This document shows positions 39,520-51,850 of a stretch of 64,000 nt of DNA, piece after piece. The position numbers and the translations under genes were made by a program. The notes beneath the pieces were generated by a model. It did no database searches. It saw only the letters and a list, made by a program, of their open reading frames with translations, and was not told the DNA's origin. How positions within the stretch are numbered: the stretch's first letter is position 1; every line of letters begins with the position of its first letter. Source of the stretch: Chiloscyllium plagiosum (lineage: Eukaryota); the NCBI RefSeq assembly GCF_004010195.1, contig NC_057720.1, positions 7,226,328-7,290,327 of the forward strand, written 5' to 3'.

Positions 39520-39728
39520 GAAAAGCGCAGCAGGTCAGGCAGCATCCAGGGAACAGGAGAATCGACGTTTCGGGCATAAGCCCTTCTTCAGGGCTTATGC
39601 CCTGAAGGAAGAAGGGCTCATGCCCGAAACGTCGATTCTCCTGTTCCCTGGATGCTGCCTGACCTGCTGCGCTTTTCCAGCAACACATTTCCAGCTCTGA
39701 TCTCCAGCATCCGCAGACCTCACTTTCT
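39514..39728. mobile_element. P2 palindrome
   Basis: Near-perfect inverted arms. Confidence 0.85.
39564..39591 (-). ncRNA. Hammerhead core (P2), same strand as the latrophilin pre-mRNA
   Basis: Minus strand CTGAAGA-A-GGGC-TTAT-GCCC-GAAA-CG-TC. Confidence 0.6.
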
Positions 39729-40729
39729 TCCCATTATTTAAATGGAAGAGCTAAACCCATTTCAAATAAAGTGGCTTGAGAGGTGGTAGAGGGATTTCAT
39801 GTATGGATTTTACATATTGAAAAGCTATCAGCCAGCACGCCCAATCCCAACGGATCAATTGTAACACTGTCTGAACATCATACCTTCCGACCTATCAGAT
39901 CCTCACTGACCATGATTCTCCCAGTTAAGGGTGACTCAAGTTTTATCATCAAAACACTTAGCCCGCGCAACTTCTTCACAATGACATTAATTGGTTAAAT
40001 TGCTTCAGAGAATTCATTCTCGGTTTGATTTTCGTCCCTTGATAAGAGAAGCAGACACCAACTAATTACATTCACTGAACCTTCATTTAGTCATAAAAAT
40101 CCTGGAGCTGACAGCAAAGATAAAGCCTGGGAATAAAGTGTAACTATCTGACGATCAGTAAGTGAGCATGCAATCCTATATTGACAGAATACTTGTCATA
40201 AGTCTACTTTTGCTGAATTCCGTGTTTGGTAAAGTCTACCTGCTGAAAAAGATCACACAGTATCCCCAACATTCATACCTTGCTCATGTTTTTATGTCAG
40301 TATCACTGTTGTTGGTGATTTGTATAACGTAACAGTTTAACATCCCAGCCCATCCCTTCCCAGATGTGCCTATGCAGCTGGCTGTTCATGCAGCCTCTGG
40401 ATAACCTGCTGCGCAAGAGACCCGATTGGCATCAACACTTTTGTTTTGCAACAAGACGAAGCATCAACAGTGGCACAACCTCCTGCTGTCTCCACTACAG
40501 CCCCATGGTGTTCCACGCCAAGCCTAGCATCCTGAACACAGTGCCCTGGTGATTGCAATATTGAAGGTTTTCGCGATAATGTGGTCAGCCAGCATTGTTC
40601 AAAGGCGGTCGCTACCAATGTGGAAGCAGCGTCCAGGAATCAGCCTCACCTCAGCCTGCCTTTGGTGTTCACAAATTTCGTTTGTCAGCCATCATTCTGT
40701 TTGTCACTGATTCCAAAGGCTAATGACTC

Positions 40730-41165
40730 AGCGAGTCATACAGCCCAGAGACAGACCACTCATCCATGCTGCCTAACTTTCCAAAACTTAACTAGTCCCA
40801 TTCGCCTCTGCATTTGGCCCATATCCCTCTAATCCTTTCATATTCATTTACGCATCCAGATGCTTTTTAAATGTTGTAACTATACTCTCCTCTACCTCTT
40901 CATCTGGCAGCTCATTACATATACACACCACCCTCTGTCTGGAAACGCTACACCCAGATCCCTTCTAAATGTTTCCCCTCTCACCTTAAACCTACACACT
41001 CTAGGTTTGGACGCCCCTACTCTAGGGAAAAGACTTTGTTATTTACCTTATCCATGCCTTCACTTTTCCTTATCTATACCTTCCCATGATCTTATAAGCC
41101 TCCATAAGATCACCCCTTAACCTGCTACGCTCCAAGGTAAAACGTCACAGTCTTTCCAGTCTGTC
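40730..41165 (-). mobile_element. CR1 LINE 3' fragment
   Basis: Similar to 21765-22310. Confidence 0.8.
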
Positions 41166-41179
41166 CTTAAAGTGCCTCC

Positions 41180-41470
41180 ACACCAATGCAGTATTGAGGC
41201 TGTGGCACACCGTTGGCAATCTCTACTTTCAGCTGAAACATTTAACCAAGACCAGTGCACTTCTAAGGAGGATGTAAAGAATCATGAGGCCACTCAGTAG
41301 AGGAGTTCCAGTCGGAGCCAAGATTTGTTCCTCAAGCAACATTGCAAAACATATTACCTTGTCACTCATCACATTGTTGTTTGATGTGTGCATATTGGCT
41401 GCTGTTCTCCTTACGTTACAAGAGTAACTACAATTCAGAAATGCTTCGCTGACTTTAAAACAAATGTTTG
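41180..41470 (+). mobile_element. Deu-domain SINE, degraded
   Basis: ...catcacattgttgtttg...attggctgctg...ttacaagagtaactacaattcag. Confidence 0.55.
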
Positions 41471-42544
41471 GTGGAAAAGAACTTGAATCTTTCTGAAAAG
41501 AGACACACGTTGCTTTATCTTAATTGCCTTACATTCATCACCACAAATGCAAGCATGCCAAATCACAGATGATTTTATTTATTTATTTATTTATTTATGC
41601 TTTGTCCATCGATTGGTTGCCATGGAGGAGACAGCAAGAAACTACAGGCTTCTCAAGGTCCGTGGTTGTTTTTTCCATGGCAACCAATCCACATTCTTCT
41701 CCTGTAACACAAGTAGTTGTCATTACTTGACAGCTGGCACTCTTGTGCTTGCCCGAATGAGTGCAAGAGTGCAAATCCTTTGGCAACACAACTCTTAGCT
41801 CTAAACTTTTGGGATGCCCTGAGATTACGAATGGCACCATATAAATGCAAGGGTTTTCTTTATAAGAAAACAGATGTACATCAAGGTGGTTGACTCTTAA
41901 CTGCCCTCTGGGCAATTAGGGATAGGCAATAAATGAAGGAATCTTCAAAAAATCCTCACCATCACTTTCAGGTTACCTCTACTCTGTCATCGTAGGAAGA
42001 AATATAATCCGTGCACTAATTTAATGAATTGATCAAATGATTTGTTGGAAAAGCAGATTCTACCAGAGCAACTTGACTCAAAAACTGAACAAACTGAAGC
42101 CATAAAAGAGACTGCACAAATCTCTCTCTCACCTCTCATAGGAGATTTGGGTGGAAGACACAGAAAGTTTTATTTATGTTCTTTGTTCATAGATTATTGC
42201 TTCCAGAAAGGATAAAGAATGATAAGCATGAGCATTAGGGAATCTGGGTAATGTTGCCTCTTGCTTGGCACTCTGCAGGGTTTATAAAGCACTGTGCTCA
42301 AAGAAATGTATTATTTGACTAATATTTGCATGAAGTAACGGAGGTCATACAGCAGGAGGTCAGAGACACAGATTCAACATTGTGATAGGACTGTAATTGG
42401 CTCCATAACTGTTTATATCTGAGCTTTCGAAAGGGAATTATTGTTGGTTGGCACTGCTGACTACTGAATGTGCTTTGTCGGTTAGGGCATAAAAGGTTTC
42501 ACTGGGTACACTTCAGTTCTTTAGTCTGCTGACACCCTGAAGCC

Positions 42545-43045
42545 AGTCCACACACAAGACACAAGACAGGAGTGTGATGGAATACTCCCCACTTCCCTGG
42601 ATGGATGCAACTCCAACAACACTCAAGGAGCTTGACAATATCCAGGACAAAGCATCTGCAAACATCCACTCCCTCCACCACCAATGCTCAGTAGTAGTAA
42701 TATGCACTTTCTACAAACAAGATGCCCTGCAGAAATTCACCAAAGCTCCTTAGACAGCACCTTCCAAACCCAAGCCCACTTCCATCTAGTAGGACAAGGG
42801 CAGCAGATACAGGGGAACACCACACCCTGCAAGTTCCTCTCCAAGCCACTCACCATCCTGGCTTGGAAATATATCGCCGTTCCTTCAGTGTCACTGGGTC
42901 AAAATCCTGGAATTCCCTCCCTAAAGACATTGTGGGTCAACCCACAGCACAAGGCAGCTCGCTAACACCTTCTCAAGGGAACTAGGGACGGGCAGTAAAT
43001 ACTGGGCCAGCCAGTAGCACCCACATCCCAGGGGTGAATTAAAAA
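42545..43045 (+). mobile_element. LINE-B 3' fragment (CR1/L2-group, distinct from the HER1-like family)
   Basis: Encodes RSVMEYSPL.WM...LDNIQDKA; tail agggacgggcagtaaatactgggcc is shared with SINE-B. Other copies at 45750-45920, 46540-47010 and (minus) 35395-35535. Confidence 0.75.
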
Positions 43046-43459
43046 CTGTACTGACCACGAGTTCAAAAAGCCAATCTGTGTTCTGTGACCTGAATTGATC
43101 ACAACGGTGGAGGGACGCAGGGTGTGGGATCTGACAAGTGGTTTTGCAATCAGTGCAGGGTTCCAGAAGATCAGCCGTTATCCGGGCACTCGGCTGACGA
43201 GGTGGTCCACATGTGTAGTCATCAGCATCACAAAGCACATCAGCATTCGCAGCTCACTCCATGCAATGTGTCAACCCTACAGAGAGCAACACTTGCATTT
43301 ATGAAACCCTTTTACTACAGTCGGATGTCCCAATGTACCTGACAGTTAGCAAGAGCACAGGAACAGGGATAGGCTGTTTGGCTCCACAATCCTTTTCCGA
43401 CATCCACTCGGATTATGGCTGATCTGACATTCCTCACATCCGCTTTTTCTAAAGTTCAT

Positions 43460-43780
43460 TCATAGGCCCAGCATTTATTGCCTATCCCTTATTGCCCAGA
43501 GGGCAGTTAAGAGTCAACCATATTGCTGTGGGTCTGGAGTAACATGTAGGCCAGACTGGGTAAGGATGGCAGATTTCCTTCCCTAAAGGACATTAGTGAA
43601 CTCGATGGAGATTTTTCCCAATAATCAACAATGGTTATCGGATCACCAATAGATACTTAATCCCAAAACTTTGTTACTAAATTCAAATTCCACCATCTGC
43701 CGTGAACTTGGGTTCTAATATAGTTCTCGAGGCTCTGGATTAGCAGCCCAGCAATAATACCACTGGGTCATCACCTGCCT
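43460..43780 (-). mobile_element. SINE-B copy
   Basis: Reverse-complement similarity to 3630-3985. Confidence 0.75.
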
Positions 43781-43799
43781 CCTCCCCTTTCCCCAACAA

Positions 43800-44290
43800 A
43801 AAAGACATTTTGTGAAGTACGGTCAGTATTGTAATGTAGGGAATACAGCAGCCAGTATTGGCTCTCTTCGTTTTGCCATGGGATAGAGACATCACTGGCG
43901 AGGCCAACACTTTATGGCCCATCCTTAATTGCCCCTGAACAGAGTGACTCGATGAGAACCAGATGGGGTATACAACCAGCAGTGATGGTTGCCATGATCA
44001 GCAACTAGCTTTATGAACAGAGTTTAAATGACAACATCTACCTTGGGATGCTGTTCAATTTGCGCACAGCAAGCTCCCACGGACAGCAATGTGAGCGTGA
44101 CCATGATAATCTGATTTCAATGATGGTGGCAGAGGGCAAAACATTATTCGGCAGATCTCCCTGTTCCTCTTCAAAAAGAGTGGCTGTGGGACCCTTTACA
44201 TCCACTTGAGGGGGAAGATGGTATCGCAGTCTAACGTTAAATCTGAGGAAATTGTCAAGCTGAGAATGCTTCAGTCCCTCAGTCTGGGAA
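43800..44290 (-). mobile_element. Deu-domain SINE interrupted by a SINE-B remnant (~43875-44040)
   Basis: caatttgcgcacagcaagctcccac...cagcaatgtga...gataatctg is the reverse complement of the Deu core. Confidence 0.7.
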
Positions 44291-44349
44291 TAGTGTACAT
44301 TGGTACAGCTGCTACCCTTCTACAATACTTGTAGGAGAGATTCAAAACG

Positions 44350-45035
44350 AGATGTGAAGGACATACCCACGTCTGTATTGATGGTGCTGAGGTGGAGGTA
44401 GGCGAGAGCTTCAAGTTCCTCAAAGTAATTATCACCAATAATCTGTCCTGGTCCATCCTCGTCAATGCTACAGTCAAGAAAGCACATCAATGCTTACACT
44501 TCTTCAGAGGTTTGAGGAAATTTGACATGTCCACAATGACTCTACCAACTTTTATGGATGCACCACAGAAAGTATTCTATTTGATAGATAGATCACAGCT
44601 TGGCATGACAACTGCTCTGGCCAAAACCACAAGAGATGACAGAGAATTGTGAACGCAGCCCAGTCCATCACGTAAACCAGCCTTCCATCCATTGACTCTG
44701 TCTTCATTTTCCACTGCCTCAGGAAAGCAGCCAACATCATCAAAGACCCCTCCACTCCGGTTATACTCTCTTCTCTCGGGCAGAAGATACAGAAGTTTAA
44801 AAACATGTACTAACAGATTCAAGAACAGCTTCTTCCCTGCTGGTACCAGACTTATGAACTAACCTCTCATATATTAAAGCTGATCTCTCTCTGCACCTTT
44901 TCTGTAGCTTTAACACTATATTCTGTATTCTGTTCCATTACCCTGATATACTAATGTAAGGTATGCTTTCTCTGGATAGCGCACAAAACAATACCTTTCA
45001 CTGTATCTCAGCGCATGACAATAATAAAATCAAAT
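44350..45035 (+). mobile_element. Rex1/Babar-like LINE 3' fragment
   Basis: ESFKFLKVIITNNLSWS...VKKAHQCLHFFRGLRKF. Confidence 0.8.
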
Positions 45036-46094
45036 GCAAGTACAAACAGTGTTGATTCTTGAAGTAGTCCTGATGAATGTGGTAGCACTTAGAGGGAGTC
45101 CTCCTGAGGTTTGCCCACAAGTGCAGGGTGTCCCAATGCAGCAACATTTGAAAACCCCACTGCTCAAAATATTCTCATAACTATTCTCTTTAAATCTTTT
45201 ACTCTCATCTTAATCTCAGAATATGTTTCAGCTTAGTGCTGGCCTCAAAAGCCTAGCCACTAACCAGAAACACATGCATTAAAAATATATTAAGCTCCCC
45301 CTGCTAGCTGTGTTGCTGTAGAAATGACAGACCTTGGGCAAACACACAAATGTTCATGACTGCACTGCCCCTCCGCAGTGATCAGCTTTGATTAAAAGCT
45401 GGGATAGCTCTTTCAACACAGACCACCTTGACCTCAGTGTCCCAGGGATAGATGGGGAAGGAAATTTTCTTTTTGATTTTGAAAGGGCCTGCTCCTCACG
45501 TGTGGTTTCCCAGATGTGCATCTTGTACGAAGACCGTGACACGATGTGAACGCCACTTCCAGATGGGATAGTAACACAGTCCTGGCACACATTTGTTTTT
45601 AATTTGGTGTCGCCAATAAGACCAATATTTGTTCCCTTCGCTAAGTGCTCTTGAACTGAGTGGCTCTCTGGGCTATTGCAGAGGGCAGTTAAGAGTCACC
45701 ATGTAAGGATGGCCGTCTCCTTCCCTAAAGGACATCGGCGATTCAGATAACTGAATCCTGGAATCTCATCCCTGATGGCATTGTCGGTCTACATACAGCA
45801 CATGGACTGCAGCGGTTCAAGAAGTCAGCTCGCCCCCACTTTCTCAAGGGGCAACTAGGGACGAGTAATAAATGCTGGGCCCTGCCAGCAATACCCACAC
45901 CCATAAAATGAATAAATTTTAAAAAACTGTTGATGTGACCAACTTTCACTTTTAGATATTAATGAAACTGAATTTGAAGCAGATGCATCTTTATGACAAT
46001 CAACAATGGTTTCTCTGTGTTCCATCTCTCTCTGTTGTTTACTCCTCCCCCCTCATCCTCCTATCTTCAACATGCATACCTTTCCAAGCTGCAG

Positions 46095-46250
46095 AGAATT
46101 CTGAAGAAGGGTCAATGGAAACATTAACTCTGCTTTCTCTCCGCAGATGCTGCCAGGCCTGCTGAGTTTATTTTAAAAATTTCTGATTCTCAATTGAATA
46201 GCTTCTTTGCTTGTTTCAGATTTCCAACATCTGCAATATTTTGCTTTTGT
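46095..46250 (+). mobile_element. P3 terminus, degraded
   Basis: ttctgaagaagggtca...gaaacattaactctg. Confidence 0.62.
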
Positions 46251-46539
46251 AACAATAGCATCACAGTCATTGTTACTGCGATTAGCTTTCAGTTCCTCGT
46301 TCTATTCACGGAATTCAAACTCTACTATCCTTCTATGGTGAGATTTCAACCCACTGCCCCCACAGCACCAGCTGGGACCACTGGATGACTAACCCAGTGA
46401 TGGTACCACAATGCCATCATCTCAGTGAGTTCTCGGGAACCAGAATGTCAAGTGTTTTGTAAAGACGCAAGTGCTCCTCACATAGCAACTTCCCAAGGAT
46501 TATTTTTGTTTTGGGTGGGAATTTAATTTGAGCTTAAAG

Positions 46540-47010
46540 CCTGTCCACCATCTATAAGGCAAAACAATGTGATGGAGTACTCCCCAGATGCCTGGATGAG
46601 TGCAACTCCACACAAGAAGCTCAAAACCATCCTGAATAAAACAGCACACTTGACAGGCAACACCTTTACCATCCACTCCCACCACTGACACACTACTATC
46701 TACAAGATGCACTGTGGAGATTCACCAAAGACCCTCAGGCAGCACCTTCCAAACCCACGACCACTTCCACCTAGAAGGACAAGGGCAGCAGATACATGGG
46801 AACCCCACCCTCTGCAAGTTCCCCTCCAAGCCCCTCACCATCCCGACTTGGAAATATATTGCTGTTCCTAGAGAGTCTCTGGATCCAAATCCTGGAACTC
46901 ACTCCCTAACAGCACTGTCGGTGTCCCTGCACCATTTGCAGTCCCACCGCCATGTAATCCAGGGCGATCAGGAATGGACAATAAACATATTAACATGCCA
47001 GTGAGAACCA
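46540..47010 (+). mobile_element. LINE-B 3' fragment
   Basis: Similar to 42545-43045. Confidence 0.75.
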
Positions 47011-47339
47011 AATCCCAAACACAAACAATAATAGACGAAGAAGCTGTTCAGATCGCTTGCGTGGGAAAGCCTAGTAAGAGATGGGGGTGGCGAGTGGTCC
47101 AGAAGGGTGGTCCCATTTGTGGGAGGAGGTTATATTTAATCACTAGTCTTCACGTCGCATGGAGTGACCACAGCAACGCTCAAACATTCCAGCCATAGGA
47201 AAGGGGGTCCCAGCACAAGTTGAAAAGAAACTAGGGGCAGGATTTGCCTCTGGCCTGGTCCACAGGCAATCATACCATCATGGACACTGATAGCACAGAA
47301 GAAGGCCCTTTGGCCCATCAGGTCTGTGCCAGTCAAACT

Positions 47340-48038
47340 TGCAGATAGTGAGAACTACGGATGCAGGAGTTGGTAAAGTCGGAGTGGGATAAAGCATAGC
47401 AGGTGAAGGAGCAGGGGAGTCAATGTTTCAGGTCGGAACCTTTCATCAGGACTATGGGAGGGGGAGGTGGTTGTGAACTAATTAGGGAAAGTGGGTGGGG
47501 TTAGGGGGAAGACGATAGCTGGATGCAGGTAGGAGGTGGCCGTGACTCATCAGTGGGAAGGTTGGAGTAGATAGGTGGGAAGGAAGATGGACAGGTAGGG
47601 TCAGGTTAAGGGGGTGGGATGGGGAGAGAGAGAGCTTGGCCTGGGATGAAATGGGGGGGGGGGGATTGCGGAGATTTGGAAGCTGGTGAATTCTATGTTA
47701 AGGCTCATTATATTACTTACTGTGTGGAAACAGGCCCTTCAGCCCAACAAGTCCACACTGACGCGCAACCACCCAGACCCATTCCCCTACATTTACCCCT
47801 TCACCTAACACTACGGGCAATTTAGCATGGCCAATTCACCTAACCTGCACATTTTTGGACTGTGGGAGGAAACCGGAGCACCCAGAGGGGGCTCACGCAG
47901 ACACGGGGAAAATGTGCAAATTCCACACAATTCCAGGTGGGAATTGAACCTGGGTCTCTGGCGCTGTGAGGCAGCAGTGCTAACCACTGTGCCACCGTGG
48001 ATGGTTGTAAACTCCAGAGGCAGAAGATGAGGTGTTTG
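47340..48038 (-). mobile_element. Penelope-like element 3' end (P2-related) with GIY-YIG C-terminal remnant, split by a V-SINE
   Basis: Minus strand encodes HLIFCLWSLQP / LNIEFTSF, followed by a pyrimidine-rich UTR and a P2-like terminus with CTGATGA. Confidence 0.72.
47712..47998 (-). mobile_element. V-SINE (HE1-like)
   Basis: Reverse-complement V-domain. Confidence 0.9.
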
Positions 48039-49164
48039 CGTGCACTTACCTATTCTAATCCCATTTTCCAACCACTTGCCTCGTCACCTTGCAAGCTTTA
48101 GTATCACAATTGCACATCCAAATACTTTGTCAATGTTCTGAGGATTTCTGCCTCTCCCACCCTTACAGGCGTTGAGTTCCAGTTTCACACCACCCTCTGA
48201 GTGAGGACGAAACCCTGGGGATGGCGGAGATGAGAAAGGGTGTTCAGGGGGTAAGGGTGAGGAGAGGGAAGAGTTAAAGCAGTGCCAAGCTCTACCACGT
48301 GTGGCTTTGTACTTGAAAAACTGGGATTGAGCATGTCAGCCGTGGGATTCTCCAAGACTGGCGCCAAGCTGCATTCAGACACGTATCCCAAATTAATTCC
48401 TTAACGTTAACTGCAATAAAAAGTGCTTTGTGCCAAAACCTAAAAAGATGAAACAGATTCTGTTGTTTGACAGACATTGATGTATTGCAGGAGAGTGCTG
48501 GCCAAACTCCAGCGGACTCTATAAACTCAGTGCTGTGCTGGCATCAGTGAGCGGCGTATAAATTTGAATCAGGAAGAGTTTTGGTAGTCCTTTTTTTTAA
48601 AATAATCTTTCCATCCAAATTAAGAGGCCTGAAGTGAAAATCACTCAGAACTGTCACATTTTTCTAATCAAATTGCTTTCAATTTCCCAGGAGTGCAACA
48701 ACACTGTGTTTTGATTACACAAGTGGCTCAAATGCATTTAACCCTAATGTTTGTTTTATTGAATTAGTCGGTTTTCTGTTAATTGTCTGCGTCCATTAAC
48801 GTGCACTTTTTCTGCTGATAAATCCTGCATAATTACCCCCTTAATGAGCAGAAAGGTTTTTTCCTCTCTCTCCGCAGGGGAGGAATGCGATTAAAAATGG
48901 GAGGGATACAACTGGGAATCAGATGAAGAGTCATAGTTAAATTCATCTTCACGGGGGAAAAATAGAGCAATCAGGGATCTCCCCAATGAAAGTCAAAATG
49001 CCGAAAGGGTAGATGGCTAAAACGTTGCTCTGCAGCACACCTCCATGCATCCATGCAAGTAACAGACCAATTGACCAATCTCTTCACCACTGCGTCAGCT
49101 GGCAAATAGAGCCATTCATTGAGGCAGGAGTGACCTAGAATCTTTCTGGTTCATTCCTTGCTCT

Positions 49165-49689
49165 CGTTATGGACCAGGTCAGACTCCCTCAAAACACTTC
49201 AAGAAAGTAGAAACTAACTTTGCCAGTTGTTCTAAGCAGATGTAACACGGATATTCCGGGAGAGATGCCACTGGTCCAAACTACTTTGTTTTAAACAAAA
49301 ATGAATTTATTTGCAAGATTACTGAATGAAACACAAACAAAAGAGAACAGAATACAGAATAACTTTAAGCTCTTTGAAAACCCAACAGATTATGTCAACG
49401 TAATGATGCTGCTCCAAATACTTGCAACAATCCCCATAGACACCCCTTTGGCACAAATCAAACCAGAGGGGGGCTGAGCTGGGAGAACTGGCCTCTCCCC
49501 TGTCATTGTACAAGTGTTATTTTAAGAAAAAGGTGGAGGCCTTTTGCCTGAGGTAGTATCTATTAGCTATAATCAAACTGGCCTGAAAACCCTTCAAGCC
49601 TGGACCTTCCCGAATCACTGTCTTTACAACCTCTCTGAAATAAAATACCAAGGACAGCATAACTGTGTCAAAGTAGTAGCATCATCACA
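49165..49689 (-). mobile_element. Solo LTR (Gypsy-like)
   Basis: Ends (C)GTTA...TCACA, 4-bp TSD CTCT (49161-49164 / 49690-49693), AATAAA on the minus strand. Confidence 0.65.
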
Positions 49690-50409
49690 CTCTATGCCCA
49701 AGACACTTGACGGCCTATACTGGACTTGAGTTCCATGTGGTTGGGTTGAAGTTTATGGGCAGCGGGAGCTTCAGTTCCTGTTGCACCTTCCCTCCATTTT
49801 TGGGAGTCCCATCAGGTGCCTGAGCCCCACGCTCCCTCCCCAGAAATGCTGCAGCCCCACTTTTCTCCCTTGAGCTGCTCCTCAAAAACCTGCACCTTTC
49901 ACCAAGTGCTCACTCTTGTCATATGGTGTTGGATGATATTTGAACTGGCTTCCTTTAAGGCACCTCACAGCTCTTCGCAAAATGCAGGATGCTACATAAA
50001 GGCAGTTTCCTGCTGTTGCTCCCTGGCCCCTGCTGCACGGTCTAGCCAATCGGGCCCACCAGGCGATTGCAGGCCTAGATCACTGCAACCACTCACCATG
50101 AACTGAGGAGACATGTGTGAGGACACTATTCCAGTATCACAGCAAAGTGTCACAGCCATCACAGAGAGACCCAGAGAGATGAAAAGGGGGGGAAAATCAC
50201 CCAAACACTTGTCACTTTCCAATGTTCGATATGCAGGACAATCATTGTTTACCTCCAGGCAGAGAAAAACTCTCAACAATTAAAAGCTCCAGTTGATGAT
50301 CATCCCATTTTTACGCTTTCCAAAGACTGTCTGACTTCATTTAGGAAAAATCAATAGCTCATTTACTTCATCAAACTCACAATCCTGTTGGACCTGAACA
50401 CGAGGACGC

Positions 50410-50660
50410 TTTTGAATACATATAAAGCATCTCATGACCTCAGGGCTCCTCAGCGTGTTTTATGATCAATCAAGTGTAGTCACTGTTCAGGGCCAGGGAA
50501 TTGCGGCAGCCATTTTGTACCCAGCAAGCACCATAAATAAGGCTGGGATAATGACACATAGATCTGCTTGATTGTGGGGTAAATGTTCGCCGAGATATCG
50601 AGGAGAAACGCCCTGACTTTTCTTTCAACTAGGGTCGCAGCATCCATCACATTTAACAAG
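50410..50660 (-). mobile_element. Deu-domain SINE, degraded
   Basis: catgacctcagg...aagtgtagtcactgtt...gcggcagccattttg...cagcaagc. Confidence 0.6.
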
Positions 50661-51089
50661 AAATGCGTTGGTAAATGCTACATAAGAAACAGGAGCAGGA
50701 GTAGGCCATCTGGCTCTTCGAGCCTGCTCCTCCATTCAATAAGATCATGGCTGATTTTTCATGGCCTCAGCTCCACTTACCTGCCCTCTCACCATAACCC
50801 TTAATTCCTTTACTGTTCAAAAATTTACCTTTGCCTTAAAAACATTCAGCGAGGTAGCCTCAACTGTGCATGGAATTCCACAGAGTCACAACCCTTTGTT
50901 TCAACCAACAGGCAGCTCCTCCAACAGTGCAGCACTCCCCAGGTATCTGCCCAGGATTTTGCATCTATCCCTCTGGACCGTGCCTCGGAGCCGACAGGTC
51001 AGAGGGCAGGGGTGTTGCTACAGTTGATCTCAAAGTCCCCACTTTGAGGAAGGGGACTACAGTGGACAAACAAATCAAAAAGGAGTGAC

Positions 51090-51850
51090 CGGTCTTCCTG
51101 TCTTCTTCAACAGAAGGAATTAGGGAGGATCTCATAGAAACCAATAAAATTCCAAACAGGACTAGACCAGGGAAGCGCAGGAAGGATGTTCCCAATGAAT
51201 GGGGAGTCCAGAACCAGAGACCACAGTGTAAGGATACAGGAGACCACTGAGGACTGAGATGAGGGCGATATGTAGCTCAGTGGTTAGCACTGCTCTCTCA
51301 CAGCGCTAGTGACCCAGGTTCAATTCCAGCTTTGGGCGGCTGTCTGCGTGGAGTTTGCAAGTTCTTCCCATGTCTGCGTAAGTTACCTCCAAGTGTGCTC
51401 TGGTTTCTTCCCACAGTCCAAAGATGTGCATGTTAGGATGGATTAGCCATGCTAAATTGCCCACAGTGTCCAGGGATGTCAAGGTTAGGTGGATCAGTCA
51501 TGGGAAATGTAGGGTTACAGGGACAGGATAGGGAGATGAGTCTGGGTGGGATGCTGTTCGGAGGGTCATTGTGGGATGTGTTGGGCTGAATGGCCTGTTT
51601 CCATAGGGTAGGGATTCTATGAAATTTCTTCACCCAGGGATTGGTGAGCCTGTGCAATTCACTACCACAGAAAGCAGTTGAGACTAAAACACTGAATTCT
51701 TTTCAAAAAGCAGGTAGATATAGCTTTTGGGGCTAAAAGGACTAAAAGGTATGGCAGATAAGTTGGATGATCAGGTAAGACTGTATTAAATTACGCAGCA
51801 GGCTCAGAGGGCTGAATGGCCTCCCCCTGCTCCTGTTTTCTATGTTTCTA
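51090..51850 (+). mobile_element. CR1 3' fragment interrupted by a V-SINE (51263-51622)
   Basis: gactgagatgagg | V-SINE | aaatttcttcacccag continuity. Confidence 0.85.

Noticed and set aside
38540..40680. Possible old LINE remnants at ~38540-39030 and ~40365-40680
   Set aside because: Composition is suggestive, but I found no motif I could assign with confidence
48690..48722. Resemblance to the CNNRTQC start of the next lectin exon
   Set aside because: Out of frame, no downstream PDPCPGTYKY and no acceptor site
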